From assembly GCA_013239625.1 (NCBI GenBank), contig MU053754.1:1531966-1595965 (forward strand): DNA of 64,000 nucleotides. Direction: 5' to 3'. Below are positions 38,924 to 53,015 of this stretch, one piece after another. Position numbers and translations under genes: made by a program. This DNA comes from Lama guanicoe. Lineage: Eukaryota. Within the stretch, counting starts at the first letter, position 1, and each line of letters starts with the position of its first letter. Below the pieces are notes generated by a model. The model saw only the letters and a list, made by a program, of their open reading frames with translations. It ran no database searches and was not told the DNA's origin.

Positions 38924-39519
38924 ATGAATGGAAGCAAATGTTGGGAGTAAAGAAAAATAGCAGGTGGATGGGAAAAATAAATTGCACATCTCGAGAATGG
39001 AAGAAACAAAAAAAAAGACAGAGGCTACTGTAAAAAAAGACAGAGGCTACTCTAAGCTGAACACAGCCAAGAAAGGAAATTGTGGTTAGAAAATTACATC
39101 AAGGAATCTGTCCAGAAGAAGGACACAAAGAGTTAAAAATTAGTTCCAGCAAAGGAATATTGAGCACATCCAGCATGTATCAAACTGAAGTTCTAACAGA
39201 AGAGAATGAAAATGAAACGGTGAAGGAAACTTCCACAGCCCAGATCATTCCAGAATCATCCTGGAAATCCTTCATTGTGCAATAAACACCCTGAACTAAA
39301 TAAATGGGAACTTCAAGTGTGAGGCTCCATGTTTCTCTGCTCCTTCCTAGATGATAAGCCTCTACATAACTCCTCAGAATTTGCAAAGCTTTCTTCACTT
39401 GTGGTATCTCACTTAATCCTCTGAGCAGCCTTGTGGCATGGGTATCATTAAACTTAATTCTCACATGAGAAAAGTAAAACTCACAATCCCTCTGCTAGAG
39501 AAGAGCAGAGCCAGGGTGG

Positions 39520-39995
39520 GTGCCATGGCTTTAAAACATGTTCACAGATTCTTTTATAGTTCTCCCTTCAAACTTGAGTGTGTGGCTTCCTTCCAACCAA
39601 TAGTTTAAGGGCAATGTGATGGTATGTGACTTTCAGGGCTCAGTCATATGAGGCAGTGTGGCTTCCATCTTGCTCTCTCTTGGCTCTGTCACTCTGGGTA
39701 AGTCAACTGCCGTGTTGTGAAGACACTCAACAGGGCCACTTGGTGAGGATGAGGCTTTTGGCCAAAAGCCAGAGAACAGAGCCAGAGCCATCTTGAAGGC
39801 AGATCCTCCAGCCTCAACTAAGGCTGCAGATAACTTCAGCCAGGGTTGGAATCTTAACTGCAATCTCATGAGAGACCCCGTGTTAGAACCACCCATCTAG
39901 GTTGCTCCCAAATTCCTACTCCCAGAAACAATGAGATTCATTGTTTTAAGCTGCTAGGGGGTGATTTGTTATGCAGCAGTAGATACCTGATAAAC
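39520..39995 (+). mobile_element. MaLR LTR (MLT1F/G-like) inserted in a MIR
   Basis: ccatcttgaaggcagatcctccagcctca...ttgttttaagctgcta...atttgttatgcagcagtagata. MIR-like sequence lies on both sides (~39380-39515 and ~39996-40045). Confidence 0.75.
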
Positions 39996-41127
39996 CAGGA
40001 AGTAAATCCAGACATTTTGACTCCAAAGCCTATGCTCTTTTATCTCACATCACTACTTTTTCTAAGACTCTTGGGCAAAGTCAAAATATTTTGGCCCATT
40101 TGACTTCCATTTCCCTAACCATCAGTTCAGTCTTTGCCAGTTATGTCACATTGTCTTGTAACTGTTTAGTTATTGCATTTTTGAAACACTGGTTTCCCCT
40201 TCTATATTATAAGGGCCATGAGAACAGGGGACAGACCAGTTTGAGTAACCACTGCATCCCCAAATTTAAATAAGTCCGTCAAGTTTAGTGTTTAGTGAGT
40301 AATAAGTACTCAAATATTTTTGGATGAATGAATGGCCAAAACATGTATGATACAACTAGTCTGTCATTGGGACCTTGTTCTCATTTTATGCTGAACCAGA
40401 AAGGAATAAATTCTGTACCTGAGAAGGAAGAGGGGATTCTGTTTGAGTCATAATTTTTGTTGATCTGAAGTTTGTTTTATTCTGATAAAGAAAATATGTT
40501 GAAGAGCAGAATATATGATTGTTTTTCAGCAACATGCAAAAACCCCCAGCACATGCAAAAATAATATTTTCCTGATCAAAAGGGTCTTGTTCGATCCTCC
40601 GTGAGTTATTCCTGTCCCAGACTGACTGGAGGTTTTGGGCAGCAGGCCCTCAGACGGGAGTGGCCAGGCCTGCCGCTGACCTCATCCTACCCCCAGCTGC
40701 AGACGGGGCCGGGATGCCTCAACTACAGACAGCATTTTTCTGGGCAAGTTATTTGTTCACACATGAATAGTAAATCAACATGTAGTAGTAAGCTGTGATG
40801 ACTTTCGACTTTGTGGGAAATGCCTAACCACCCAGATTTTATTTCACAGCCAGGAAAAAAGAAAATAATAATAATGTGTGAAATAAAATGCAGGAAACAT
40901 CTATGAGACATGACAGAAATTTTCTAAAATCCCAGGAACAAATAATGTTGCTATAGTAATGCAGCTTTGATCAAAAACGAAACATTTTTATAGTATTTGC
41001 TATAGCAATGCAACTTTCATCAAAGACTGAACGTTTTTATAGTAACCACCAAACCCAGCATTTAATAGCACATGTATATTTTTAAGGCATTCCTCACGAC
41101 TTCCTTTACGATTTTGTCATCTCATCC

Positions 41128-41360
41128 ACTGCCCACTAGAACGCTCTGCAGTGATGTTCTGTGCTGTCTGGCACAGTCACCACTAGCCACCTGTGGTTAC
41201 TGAGCACTGGAAATTGTGGCTAGTGTGACAAGGAATTGGATTTTCACTTTGATTTCATTTTAATTAGTTTATTATTAATGGTTGTTATTTACTTTAATTA
41301 ATTTAAATTTAAAATACCCGCAAGTGGCTAGAAGCTATGGTATTGTGCAGCATTGCTCCA
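41128..41360. mobile_element. MER3-like hAT-Charlie MITE (palindromic)
   Basis: tagaacgctctgcagtgatg...ccactagccacctgtggttactgagcact...aatttaaa...agtggctag. Confidence 0.75.
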
Positions 41361-42044
41361 GAACCATTTCCCATAGAGAGTTGAGATATGGGAGCACTCA
41401 AGCTACTAATTTAAGTCAGGCTGAAAATTATCACATTTGCCAAAGAGAAATAGCAGGAAACTCGAGACTCAAGAATCTCAAACTATCTTGAAAACCTGCT
41501 AGGGAACCCCTGTTCTACTGTTTTCTGGAGTTCCTTGTGATTAGCTCCTAACGTGAGAAGTGAGACAAGAAAGAGCAAAGGAGAAAGCCCACCCCAGGTC
41601 TCCAACCCAAGTTCCCGTCAAGTCAGAGGAGGAGGCTTCCATTCTACAGCAGGGACCACTGGCGCCCACCTTTGGGGTGAAACAGGCAGCAAAGGGCTGC
41701 CTGGTATGGAAGTCATGTTTAATTCACAGGGGAGTTCTAACTGGAACACAACAAGCCCTCAGAGGCCCTGTGTAAGATGCCCAGTGAGCAGGCGGGCTGT
41801 ATACCACCAGCATCTGCTTCGGGAGCAAGTCCAAACTCTATAGGCTGTCAAGGAGGCAGCAGCCAGCACCTGCCCCACCCTCCTCCCATTACCTGGCCAC
41901 CTGACTTCTCACTGGTCCCCAGCATATCTAATCAGTTCCTGTGCATAAACTCTGTGTCTAGTCTGACTTCCCTGGCTTTCTCCATGTCTCCCTAACTGAG
42001 CACCCATTAAACTCTCTGTGCAGGGCGAGGCTGGGGAGTGACTG

Positions 42045-42640
42045 GAACCTTGCCCCTGCTGGTGGGAGTGTGAACTAACACATCCACTTGGGAAACAGGT
42101 CTCTAGATAATCTCCTAAAACTAACCCTCCTACTCCTAAGTAAATATGTACCCAACAAAAACAAGTACATATTTTCACCAAAACATAGGCATTTTAACAT
42201 CCACAGCAGCATTGTTCAAAACTCCCTAAAGCTGGAAACACCACAAAGCCCAAAAGCAATGCAATGGGTAAATGGGGTATATTTATACCATGGAATACTA
42301 CACAGCAGTGAAAACAGACTATCTGAACTGCATGCAGCAACAGCCATGTGTCTGACACGCAGCGTCCAGACACAACAGCATCACTGTGCCCTGTCTGATA
42401 GATACTTCGTGCATTTTGCGTCTATATAGAAAGTACAGAAGTGAGCACTGTTCATTCATGCTGTTCAGAGAAGTACGGGTAGGGAGTGACAGAAGGAGAC
42501 AGGGTTAGACCGAGTTCCAGAGTGCCAGGAGTGTTCTTTTCTTGACCTGGGTGCTGATTAGATGAGCATGCTCAGTTGTAAAAAGTCAGTGACCTGTACC
42601 CTGAAACATAAGTTTTTCTGTATGTATTCTCCCATATTTT
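42045..42640 (+). mobile_element. Ancient L1 (L1ME-like) fragment
   Basis: gctggtgggagtgtgaact...atggaatactacacagcagtgaaa...tttcttgacctgggtgctgatta. Confidence 0.7.
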
Positions 42641-44107
42641 TTAAAAAGCTCTATCCTCAGAAATACAGCTCAGAACTTACCAGTATCCTACAGCGATCTT
42701 TCATTTTCTCATCATTAAAAAAACCCCAAAACTTCGTATTGTTTCAGACACATACATCTATTTTATCAACCAGAACTTAAACCGTCCACTTTTTAAACAT
42801 CCCTGTTTTGGCACAGTACTGATCACAAAATATATATTTCACAAAATCCTTTTAAGCCAAGCACATCTTTTCTGCTATTACTTAAAATTGCCTAAATGGC
42901 AAAGACAGGTATTATACTGTCTGTGAATTTTCAAACAGCTGAGTTCAGTTAAGCACACATTTCCTTGCACATATAAAAATGGAAAACATCGCAACAAAAA
43001 AGACTCTGGAATTTTCCATCCATGCAGCTGTTGCTACATGGTGTCTGTGGTGTAGCATTCTCTTAATGGCACTCACTCCCACAATCCCACACAAGAGAGA
43101 TGAATTCATACCATTGCGGTCCCATCACTGTACTGGCAGAGGGATCAGAAGTAATCAAGAAAGAAAGACAAGATTCCCCTAAATGTGATGAGAAGCATGA
43201 GAACTGTCACAACATGCTAGATCCAGTTTTTGAAGATTCACGGTAAAGCCCTTGTTTGCGAGTTTCCAAATGACAGTTGATTAATCGGTGTGCTTATTCT
43301 TTCACTCATAAATTATGAGAACAGAGGATGAGAAAAGTGTGAGTCCACAGGCGAGTCCTAAATGACGGCAGCCGTGTACAGGAGTCCTCGCTGTGACCGA
43401 AGTGCGGAGTAGGCAAACGCTGCCAAGTCAGACACATTAGCAAGGAACTCCTTCTCGGCTCGTTCGGTACTTCTCTCCTTCCAGCCAGATGATCGCCCCA
43501 AACGGGGTTGGCCCCACAAAACGTTATTCTGTTTGCTTGGTTTCGTCAACCCTGCAGAATGAGAGGAAATGAGTCTCTGATTTACAGTAATGAGAAAAAG
43601 ATAGGAGGCTGACAATTTCTTCAGAACTTGCCCCTCTACTCTAAATAAATGGTTGCAGATAATCTCCTCACTCCTACAGCTTCATGGGGAAGTTTGGTGC
43701 CATTGGACATGGAGTGGTCTGACATACTTACACATGGCTGGAGGGAAAGCAGAGCAGAACATCAGGCTTGTGTCTTCCTCAGAAAGACTTTTCTCAAACT
43801 TCCACAGAGCCATGCGGGCTCCATAGGAAAGTAAACCCCATGAAGTCCAAGAGCCAGCCCAACTAATGCTGTTTGGGGTGCTGCGTGTCAGGTTGACCCA
43901 TGACTTGTCACTTGGTAGCAGCTGTAAAATTCTTTACTCTTGGAGTAAAAAACTTTCCATAAATAGTCATATTTATCTCCATTCTAAGGAGTGAACTGAA
44001 AGCAAAATCTTAGTCACACAGACACCCCCTTCCTCTCTCTCCCTCTCTCTCTGGACCAGATATTTTCCTTTAAATAAATGCCCAGCCTCATTCAATTTCA
44101 AACCTCC

Positions 44108-44850
44108 TTTCAGCCAAGCAATTCTACTTCTTGGTATCTACCCAGGAAACCTGAAAGCATATGTCCACACAAAAACTCATACACAAATGAATGTTCATAG
44201 CAGCCAAAATGTCCAAATGTCCATCAGCCAATGAATAGATAAAATGTGGCATATCCATCCAGTGGAACATTATTCAGCCGTAAAAAGTAGTAAGATACCG
44301 ATTCATGTGGCTACTTGGATGAACCTTCAGAACGTGCTTAGGAAATACACCAGACACAGAGGCCACATATTGTATGATTCCTTTTATATGAAATACTCAG
44401 AATAGGCAAATCTAGGGACAAAGTATCTTAGTGGTTGCCAGGGGCTGGAGGCAGAGGGAAACGGGAAGTGAGTGCTAGTGGATACGGAGTTTCTTTTTGA
44501 GGGCAATGAAAATGTTTTGAGTTTGACAGTACTGATAGTCACACAGCATTGTAGACACAGGTGACCCTTGAACAACACACGGGTTGGGGCACCAGATCCC
44601 CCCGTCCCCACCCTGCACAGTCGAAAACCACGTTTATCACTTTACAGTCATCCATCCATGTATGTGCTTCTGCATCCAAGGAGTCAACCAACCATGGTTC
44701 GAGTGCTTATTATTGACAAGTGTCCTTGTATAAGTGGACCTATGCAGCTCAACCTATGTTGTTCAAGGGCCAACTGTATACTAAAAACTACTGAGTTGTA
44801 GATTTTAGAAGGATACATTTTCTGATAGCATTATTTTTTCTTAATTTTTA
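44108..44850 (+). mobile_element. Ancient L1 (L1MB-like) 3' end interrupted by a Tigger MITE
   Basis: atatgtccacacaaaaact...tagtggttgccaggggctgg...gtttctttttgagggcaatgaaaatgtt; resumes at 44777 tatactaaaaactactga. Confidence 0.8.
44558..44776. mobile_element. Tigger2/MER8-family TcMar MITE
   Basis: Terminal inverted repeats CAGGTGACCCTTGAACAACA ... TGTTGTTCAAGGGCCAACTG, followed by TA. Confidence 0.88.
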
Positions 44851-47034
44851 AAACCTCATTCAGACAGCTCCTCTGCTGCCAGTTTTCCACGACCCCCCGT
44901 CTTACCGCCCCCCAGTCTCCCCACACAGGACTAGGGACTGAGGTGCCCTCTTTGCATCTCTTTGGGCTACCTGTTTCCCAACAGGTACACAGAAACTATT
45001 GGCTTGTTTTTGTCTGCCTCTCCCATGAGAGTGGAGGTTGCATCACTTTCTTGGACCCTTGGCCAGAAAAGGCACTCACTTAAGCACACGAACAGTGGGA
45101 CATTTGGACTCAGAGTCTTTTTTGTTGATTACATTTCAAACAATGAATAGCAAGGTTGTGTGACTTTGGTGCGAACTCTTAGAGCCTCCAAAATGTAAAT
45201 TTTCCCCCTTGGGCTTCATGGCAGGCATTCTCTTAGAGCTCCTATTCATCAGGCTTGAAACAGCTCTGCAAGTTTTCCGCACAAAGCCAGGGACCTGACT
45301 GTCAGTGTGTTTTGTTGCATTTACAGTGAAACAGGACCTGGTACTTTGCACATCTTTCATGCAGTGTTTTCAGAAGATATCAAAGCAAACAACTGATAGT
45401 TCACATGAGAGGCCAGACATGTGACTGCTTGGGTGGCATGTGGCTCGGGGGAAGACAGGACTGTAGGAAATTCTCGGTCTCCCTTCTGTCGTGAACTGCA
45501 TGGCCGCAGGGAACAGGAGGAGTTACACCAGACACCCCTGCATAGGCCATGCATCCTTACCCCTGGGAAGCCCACCCCAGCTTGCCCCACTAATAAACCT
45601 GTCACTCGACTTGAGGGGTGCCTGAAGCTCGCCCTTCTCAAAAAGAGATCCCTTGGCTTGCCACAGTGCCTTAGATTAATCCACAAGACATTGATTGCCC
45701 TTTGGTTAAGACATTTTTTTCCTTAAATATTCATTTCCAGATGCTTGTTTTGCTATTAGTGGTTCCACATTGAGCCATTAGCCCTGAACACTAAGAATGA
45801 CTCTCTGTGCTTATCTTCAACTCTTCTTCCACCCACCCACCAGCCATGCCTGCTTGTTTGTCCACCAGACCGACACACTCCTATCCGGGGCCTGGCACTT
45901 GCTGTTCTCTGCCTTGAGCATGCTTCCTCCCTCCAGCTGCAAGCAGGCACCAGCCCTTTACTCAGTGTTCTGCTCAGATATTGCCCTCTCCGGGAGACCT
46001 GGCCATCTCTACTAACTCCTGCATCCCCTCTTCCAGCTTTCTTCATGGCACTCAGGGCTACCTGACTCTAGTTCTCATTTGGGGCTTGGGGCTGTAAACC
46101 CACTGGAACACGCACGTCTCCAAAATAAAGACTGTCCATTTGGGTCACCATGCAGTCTCCTGCCTCATTGCAGTTCCCCAATAAATGTTAGGTCAAGGAA
46201 AGAATGAGAATTTGATTAACAGATTAGAAATTACAAGGCCAAAAGAAAAATAGAAGAAATTACATGTCAGGTCCTGTTCCCAGAAAGCTAAGTAGTAGTA
46301 TAAAATCCTCACCTATACCATAGATGTATCAGGTGTTTTTAAATTCCCTGAGTGTTACATAATGGGCATTGGTTAGAGCTCATTTAGTTACAAATAACAG
46401 AGAACTCTTTTCCAACCAACTTCCACACTCAAGGGAATTTACGGGAGCAGTGCGGCAGTAAGGCTAGTGAGAGGCAGGTCTTGAATCTGGGCTCAAAAAA
46501 ATCAGCAGAACCAGAATCTGGTTTTTCTCTTCAATTCCCAGCTCTGCCCAGTCAGCCTGAGTTTCGCTTCCTCACCAAACCTCCGACATGGGCCCCAATG
46601 GGTGTCAGGCATTCAGGATGCTTCCTCATTCAAGCCCAGCAGCAAAGGATGTTTTCTGGCAGCACCTAAGGGCAGGTACGGCTTTCCTTTCCCAGGAGCC
46701 TTGCATCTCATTGATTCTGTCATATATGCCAATCTCGGAATGCATCACTGGACCAGCAAGCACAGAGGAGCTTCAGCTGGGATCCAGCCCACCCACTGAT
46801 CTGACGCAAAAACGGTGGAAGGCTAAATTCCTCAACAGGAAATCAGGGTTCTGTCGGGCAGAGAAGTGGGAAATCACAGCTGGAAAGGCAAACCACATAG
46901 TCCAATACATCTTGTATGCGTAATGATTTTATATGGTAAAAACCTAAAGTCAGTGTTAAATATAGAGTAAAACTTTACTTCTCTAAAATCATTTCTTACC
47001 TCAAATTGTAGCTTCCTCAATTTTTAAGGACAGT

Positions 47035-47378
47035 GGAAATTTTTTTATATCTTGATTGTGGTTGTAGTTACATGACTGTTAAATTGGTCAAAATTCATAG
47101 AACTGTAGCCAAGATGGTAAACTTTATGTAAAGGTCTAGAGAACAAATATTTTTGACTTTACAGACCGAAACTGTCACAACTACTGAAGTCTGCCATTGT
47201 AGCATGAAAGCATCCATAGACAATATGTAAATGAATGGGAGTGGCTGTGTTCCAATAAAACTTTATTTAGAAAAACAAGCAGTGGGCTGGACTGGACCCA
47301 CAAGCTATGTATAGTGTGAAGATTCCTGAACTACACACTTGAATGAATTTACTACCTGTAAATTGTACCTCAATAAGC
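47035..47378. mobile_element. L1M 3' fragment with nested MER58A-like element (~47115-47328)
   Basis: tcttgattgtggt...tcaaaattcatagaactgta, then aaactttatgtaaagg...gttccaataaaactttattt, then gtaaattgtacctcaataa. Confidence 0.7.
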
Positions 47379-48605
47379 AAACAAGAAAAAAAGGTAAAGC
47401 AGAAAAAAATTTACTCCAGGAAAAAAAAAAAGACTGTCATACCATCAACTTACTTAGAGCAAGATTTTATCAAGAAAATGGAGGTATTATTGTTTGGAAA
47501 AGAGATCTGCTGTTGGTAATTGTGCAACAGATGAGCCAGAAGGTTTGTAGAAAGTTAAACAGGAAATTTAAAGGACTTGACTTTTGAAAATTATTTTACA
47601 GGCTCACTGGAAAAATTCACCAGGAAGTCAAGGCCTTACCTCTGTCCTTGACAAAGGCACCTGCAGCTGGCTGTGCCCTGTGTCAACAGTCCAGAACTGA
47701 GCTGTTTTGGTTTTATTTAGTGTGATGACTCTAAGACTCAGTGTTTTGTACGTCTAGGTTTTTATTGTTTGCTGCTTTTAGGGCACAGCAGTCTTTATCA
47801 GACAGAAATTGTAAATAAGATCTGATCGTTTCTTCCCCTTCTGTAAATAATGGTGCAAACAAAACATCTCTGAGGCTGTTAGCCCATCAGAATTGAAAGA
47901 GAAATCAAACTATTGAGAACCAGAAAAGTGAACGCTGTCAAGAAAAATATGTTTTTAAAGCAAGAGTGTTCAAAATCAGCTCTCATCAGCTGGCATTCAA
48001 ACACCCAAGTTTGATGTAGGCAGATGTGGGGGTGTTACTGTACGTGTGGAAATGCAGGTTGTGTGAAAGATAGACAGGTTCTGGCATCTGGATTTTTTTT
48101 TAAGATGTAGAATAGGTAACGAGTCAAAATGTTCATCTCATCTTTAAGTAGAACAAACACAAAGGTAACTAATGTGCAGATCAGCCGGAATTTTCCATGA
48201 AGATGTTCCTTCCTCCACACAAACATCAAGCCTTCAGAGGATGTGTATTAAGGGGTAGATACCATGGGAGGCATGGCTCCAGAAAGACAAATAAGACATG
48301 AGTTGCCCTCCAACAGCTGAGAGCCCAGTTAGGAACACAGATGTACACACACGTAGTTAAGAAAACGCGTTGTGTTATAACAGAGTCTCTAAATACTTAA
48401 ACAACTCTAGGCCAATTTAATTTACAAGAAGCGGTGTTAAACATGCAAGCAATATTATTTCCCTTTGAAGCGATACTACTAAGAAAATATGATCAAAAGA
48501 GTCATGCAACAGAAAAACAATTGACACACAAAATTCATTTTCTCCTTGTAATTCTGGTGCTATCACAGATAATGGTGCAAATTTTTCTTTAAAAAAAATT
48601 GCCAA

Positions 48606-48722
48606 GGAGGGAGGTTATAGCTCAGTGTGCTTAGCATACATGGTGTCCTGGGTTCAATCCCTAGTACCTCTGTTAAAAAATAAATAAAAATAAATAAACC
48701 TAATCACCCCCCAAAAAAAAAC
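48606..48722 (+). mobile_element. tRNA-derived SINE, camelid Vic-1-like, with short internal deletion
   Basis: G-rich start, TATAGCTCAGTG A-box part, GGTTCAATCCC B-box and A-rich tail. TSD AAAATTGCCAA at 48595-48605 and 48723-48733 at a TTT/AAAA site. Confidence 0.85.
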
Positions 48723-49957
48723 AAAATTGCCAATTAAAAAATGTTTATTTTTGCTTGATTGTTTTGTATTTATTTTGTTGTATTTTTGCTAGAATAACGA
48801 GGTTAATATTGCCAAGAGAAATTAGGAGTAAAATAAAGATAAAAGTATCAGAATTAATTTTAGTAACAATCCTGATCTTAGTAACCATGAGAACATTTTA
48901 CAGACAGAATTTCGATATGGTTGTAACAGCCAAGCCAGGAAGATGGACTTTTGTTGAAAACGTAAAGTCTCTTTTTCTGTTGAGTCATTTCCTACAATCA
49001 GGTGTAAATATCCCCAGTGTTCTTTGCCCTGGACATAAAGTGGGTAAGTTGCATGAACAACTCCTACAATTGATTATAGACTCCCTACAAGTTAATCTTA
49101 GGACATATGAGCTTATATGAGGGGCTGTCAAATGGTAAGAATACCTCAGAAGGATGACAGAGGGTTCTCATCTCAGTGCAGATTCGCAGGCACCACTCCC
49201 CAAAGAGTTTCATTCAGGAGACTAACGTGGAATTTACTCATTCATTCGACAGACTGCATGGTACTCCTGCTCTAGCCAGGAGGGAGCCAGAAACTGCAAA
49301 AGCAGTGATCTGCATGTGTAACCAGTATGCCAGATGATACTTACCCTGGAGGTTCCCAGACCTCACCACCACTGGCTGTGCACAGGCCAAGAAGCACTTG
49401 GGTGGACCAGGGTCTGACATAAATACCAGCCGGAGATGTACTCATGCTGTCTAGTTGCTTTGTAGCCATTCAGTGAGCAGATCCAACTTTTTTTAAGAGG
49501 GTGCATTTGTTTCATAACAGCCTTCCCATTAATTGTGTCACCGGTATGTTTGTTTCCTAGAACAACAGCTAATCCTATTTATCTGAAGCTACCGGTCTTC
49601 CTAAGTCAGCAGAAGAACTGTATCAGTACTTATTTTTCTTTGTGAAAAACAGAATTTCACAGCAAGTTCGAGGCATGAGTAAGGCCCCTTGCAACTTCAG
49701 GGATCCACTTGTCTCGACAAATAAAGGAATCTCAGACCCAAATGCCTAGAAGGAGGCAGGGCTTACTTGCAGTCACATAACCCATTATTTCTTGAGTTCA
49801 TGTATGCAAAAAAACTATTTTAAAATAAGCCATTAATTGATTGTGGTCCATTTGATTTTGTAATGACAGTTAGACTGCGTGTTTACAGCTTCTCTCTAAA
49901 GGACACGGGTGTACCTAAATAGCCTGTCTGAATGGGAGATTTGGCAATTGTCTAGTC

Positions 49958-50188
49958 CAGGGGTTGGCAAATTACAGCCTGCCACCTGTTTTTTAAAATG
50001 ATGATGATGATGATGATGTTTGATTGGAACACAGACATGCCCATTCATTTAGGTGTTGTCTCTGGTTGCATCCCAACTATAATAGTAGAGTGAAGTAGAG
50101 TGAAGTAGTTACCATAGAGAGTATATGGCCCTGAAAACCTGAAATATTTACCATCAGGCCCTTTTCAGAAAAAATTTGCCAAACCCTG
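49958..50188. mobile_element. MER58-like hAT-Charlie MITE
   Basis: TIRs CAGGGGTTGGCAAA ... TTTGCCAAACCCTG. Confidence 0.85.
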
Positions 50189-50289
50189 ATCTTGTTAACA
50201 GAGGCCACCAGAGTTAGTACTCAGCTAGACAGAGTAAAATGCTAGATGTTGACAACAGAGCCATATAGACCTTTGCAAAGAACTGCTAT

Positions 50290-50960
50290 GCATAAAAGCA
50301 ACAGCAGAAATCACAGAGAAAAGATCTTCAGATTTTACTATGCTTAAAATATTTTTAATTTAAAATTAAAAGGACAGTAAGGGAAAACACTACCAAAAAA
50401 AAGAACAAAGATTAATATGCTCAATATCTAAAGAACTGTCACAAATTTGTAGGAAAACCACTGACAGCTCAGTGGAACAAACTGAAAAGAAGTGGATACA
50501 AATTGCCACTTTACAGAACAGGAAATAGGCAAAGCTGACAAAGACATGAAAAGATATTCAACCTAACTAGCAAACAGTAAAATTAAAAATATAGTAAACA
50601 CCATTTCAGTTTGGGAAAAATTGAGTGAACCAGTGAGTAGTATCCAGTCTCAGTGAAGGTATGTGGATGAGGTACCTTTGAGCCCCCATCATTCAAGGTG
50701 GGGGGGGATTCTGAAGGGCAGTTGGCAGCATCTCTGAAAGTTTTAGATGCACAGGACCTTTGACCCCACAATTAAAATTCGTGATGTTCACACTAGTGAG
50801 ATACTTGTATTTGTTTATAAGACTATACATTAAAGTCCACACTATAGAAACTGTGCAGCAATTATATGGGGTGAAACAAGTGAATGCATTAATGTTGGCA
50901 GCGCTCCAAGATTATTTTCACCCAAAAGAAACAATTTTCAAAGCAGTATATACATGAAGT
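50290..50960 (+). mobile_element. Highly decayed L1 (L1ME-like)
   Basis: catgaaaagatattcaacctaactag...ctttgaccccacaatt. Confidence 0.55.
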
Positions 50961-50994
50961 TACCACTGGGTTTTTGAAAATCATGTTTTCAACT

Positions 50995-51460
50995 TATTAT
51001 GGATTGAATTTTTTCTCCCCCAAAAAAGGTTGAAGTCCTAGCCCGCAGTACCTCAGAATATGACATTTGAAAATAGGGTCTTTACTGAGGTAGCCAAGTT
51101 AAATTGAAGTGATTAAAATGGATCCTGAGCAGTATGACTGGTGTCCTCATAAAAAGGGAAAATCTGAACATAGAGACAGATGCACACCAAGGGAAGAGGA
51201 CATGAAGACACAGGAGAAGTGTGTGTCTGTGCGACTGCAGTGATTATCTCCCAGCCAAGGAAGGCCAACGATTGCCAGCAAACCACGGAAACTGGAAGAA
51301 GCAAGGAAGGATCCTCCCCTAGGAGCCTCAGGTGGAGCGTGGCCCTGCCAAAACCTTGATTTCGGACTTCTGGTTTCCAGAAATTTGATGCAGTAAATTC
51401 TTGTTGTTTTAAGCCACCCAGATTTTGGTGCTTTGTTATGGCAGTTCTTGGAGACTAAGC
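50995..51460 (+). mobile_element. MaLR LTR (MLT1B/C-like)
   Basis: ttatggattgaatt...gtacctcagaatatgac...gattgccagcaaaccac...ttgttgttttaagccaccca. Confidence 0.88.
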
Positions 51461-52714
51461 CATAGTTACACCTAGTCATATCTGGAGGGTTTCTACACAT
51501 ATGCAAATGCGCAGAGAATGACTGACAAGGTCGTACACCAGGCAGCCATGGTACCTCTGAGAGGCACCTGCAGGTGACACATGAGCTGGACATTACCTTT
51601 CCATACACTGAAAATTCAGCAGCCAGTATGTATTAATGTACTACTTGTTCAAGTGAAAAATTCTTTTTTATAAGGTGAAATGGTGTGGGACACACTTAGT
51701 GCCCCCACTTTCTACTGGCAGAGTCACCCCTCTTCTGGTGCCAGCTTCTCCGGTTCCAACCATTTGCTCCAGCAAAGGCATCTGCCATTGACTGGTCCCA
51801 CAGGTGCGCTTGAGAAACAGGCCAGGTCCACTGGGTCTAATGGAATCCTTCCCTGTCGGCACAGCTAAAGATCTAAGCCTGAGACATGCCGGCCTCCACG
51901 CCCACTGCTAGGCAGGAGAAGCAGCTCCTGTGACAGAACAAAGCCAGCCTCAAGAGGAAAGCAGAGGTGATGGACTGGGCATGTCTGTGAGAGCTGGTGG
52001 CCTGGAATCCCTGTTTCCACTGCTCCAGGAACCAGCTGCACCTCTGTCCTCACTCCAGTCAGTGCTCTTTGTCACCAATACAACTTGGAATTGGGTTTCT
52101 ATCACTTACACTCAAAGCAGCTCTACACAGAGAGAAACAGACCAAACAGAAGAGAATAAATAAATAATTTTAAACATCTGGTAGGGAGATGTTCAACCTT
52201 TTTAATAATCAAAGGAATACAAATGTTCTTAAAATGGGTTGTCTTTTTGTTTAAGTCAGTGGCATCTATGCTGTGCTTTTGTGTCTCCTGAACTGAAATT
52301 CTCAACCTCTGGGTGGTGGGATTATAGCATATTTTACTCTCTTTTAAAATATTTTCTGTACTTCCTAAATTCTTACCAATGAGAATCTGTTACTTCTATA
52401 CTTATAAAATCAATTTCCCCCTTCTTTAAGAAAAACTCTTACAGGCAATCAAGTGTGAAACTTCTAGGACCCAGACACCAAGATATATTCAAAGAATTCC
52501 AAGTATGTGATCACTCACAGGGAGAAAATGAGCAAAGGCAACGGTGACCTCATGGTTTGGAGCATATTATGTTTGGCTCCTTAGCACACCGCAGATACAG
52601 CACATTTATTACTAATCTGGATTGACTGAGCATGCCATTAGCATGATTATCTCATATTTCCAGCACTTCAGTGTATTAGGTCCTGATAACTAGAGTAGCG
52701 TCTGCAGGATTGCT

Positions 52715-53015
52715 CACTAGTATTCAGGGACCCTCCCTGAGGCGGGATGAAACATCCCCACCCAGTTGAACTCTGGTATGACCATGTGACTTGTTCCCCC
52801 CCGTGAGGGTGAGAAACACCACAGTTCAGGGGGATGCTTTACAGTATGGTCATTTTCTCCCCACCTCCCCATCTCCATCAACCACAGTCCCCACATGACT
52901 GTCATAGAGGCCTCAGGCCAACCGGCCATGTCATGTAGCAAGAATGAGAAATAAGCTGAGTTGTAAGTCACTAGGGTCATTCGTTACTGCACCAGCACAC
53001 AGCCCCTCCCCACTA
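52715..53015 (+). mobile_element. Old MaLR LTR (MLT1I/J-like)
   Basis: ccatgtgacttgtt...catgtagcaagaatgagaaataa...gtaagtcactag. Confidence 0.6.

Noticed and set aside
39011..39052. Short tandem duplications (39011-39052, ~57828-57895, ~50084-50108) and an AGTACT cluster at ~22335-22375
   Set aside because: Ordinary slippage-type duplications with no further structure.
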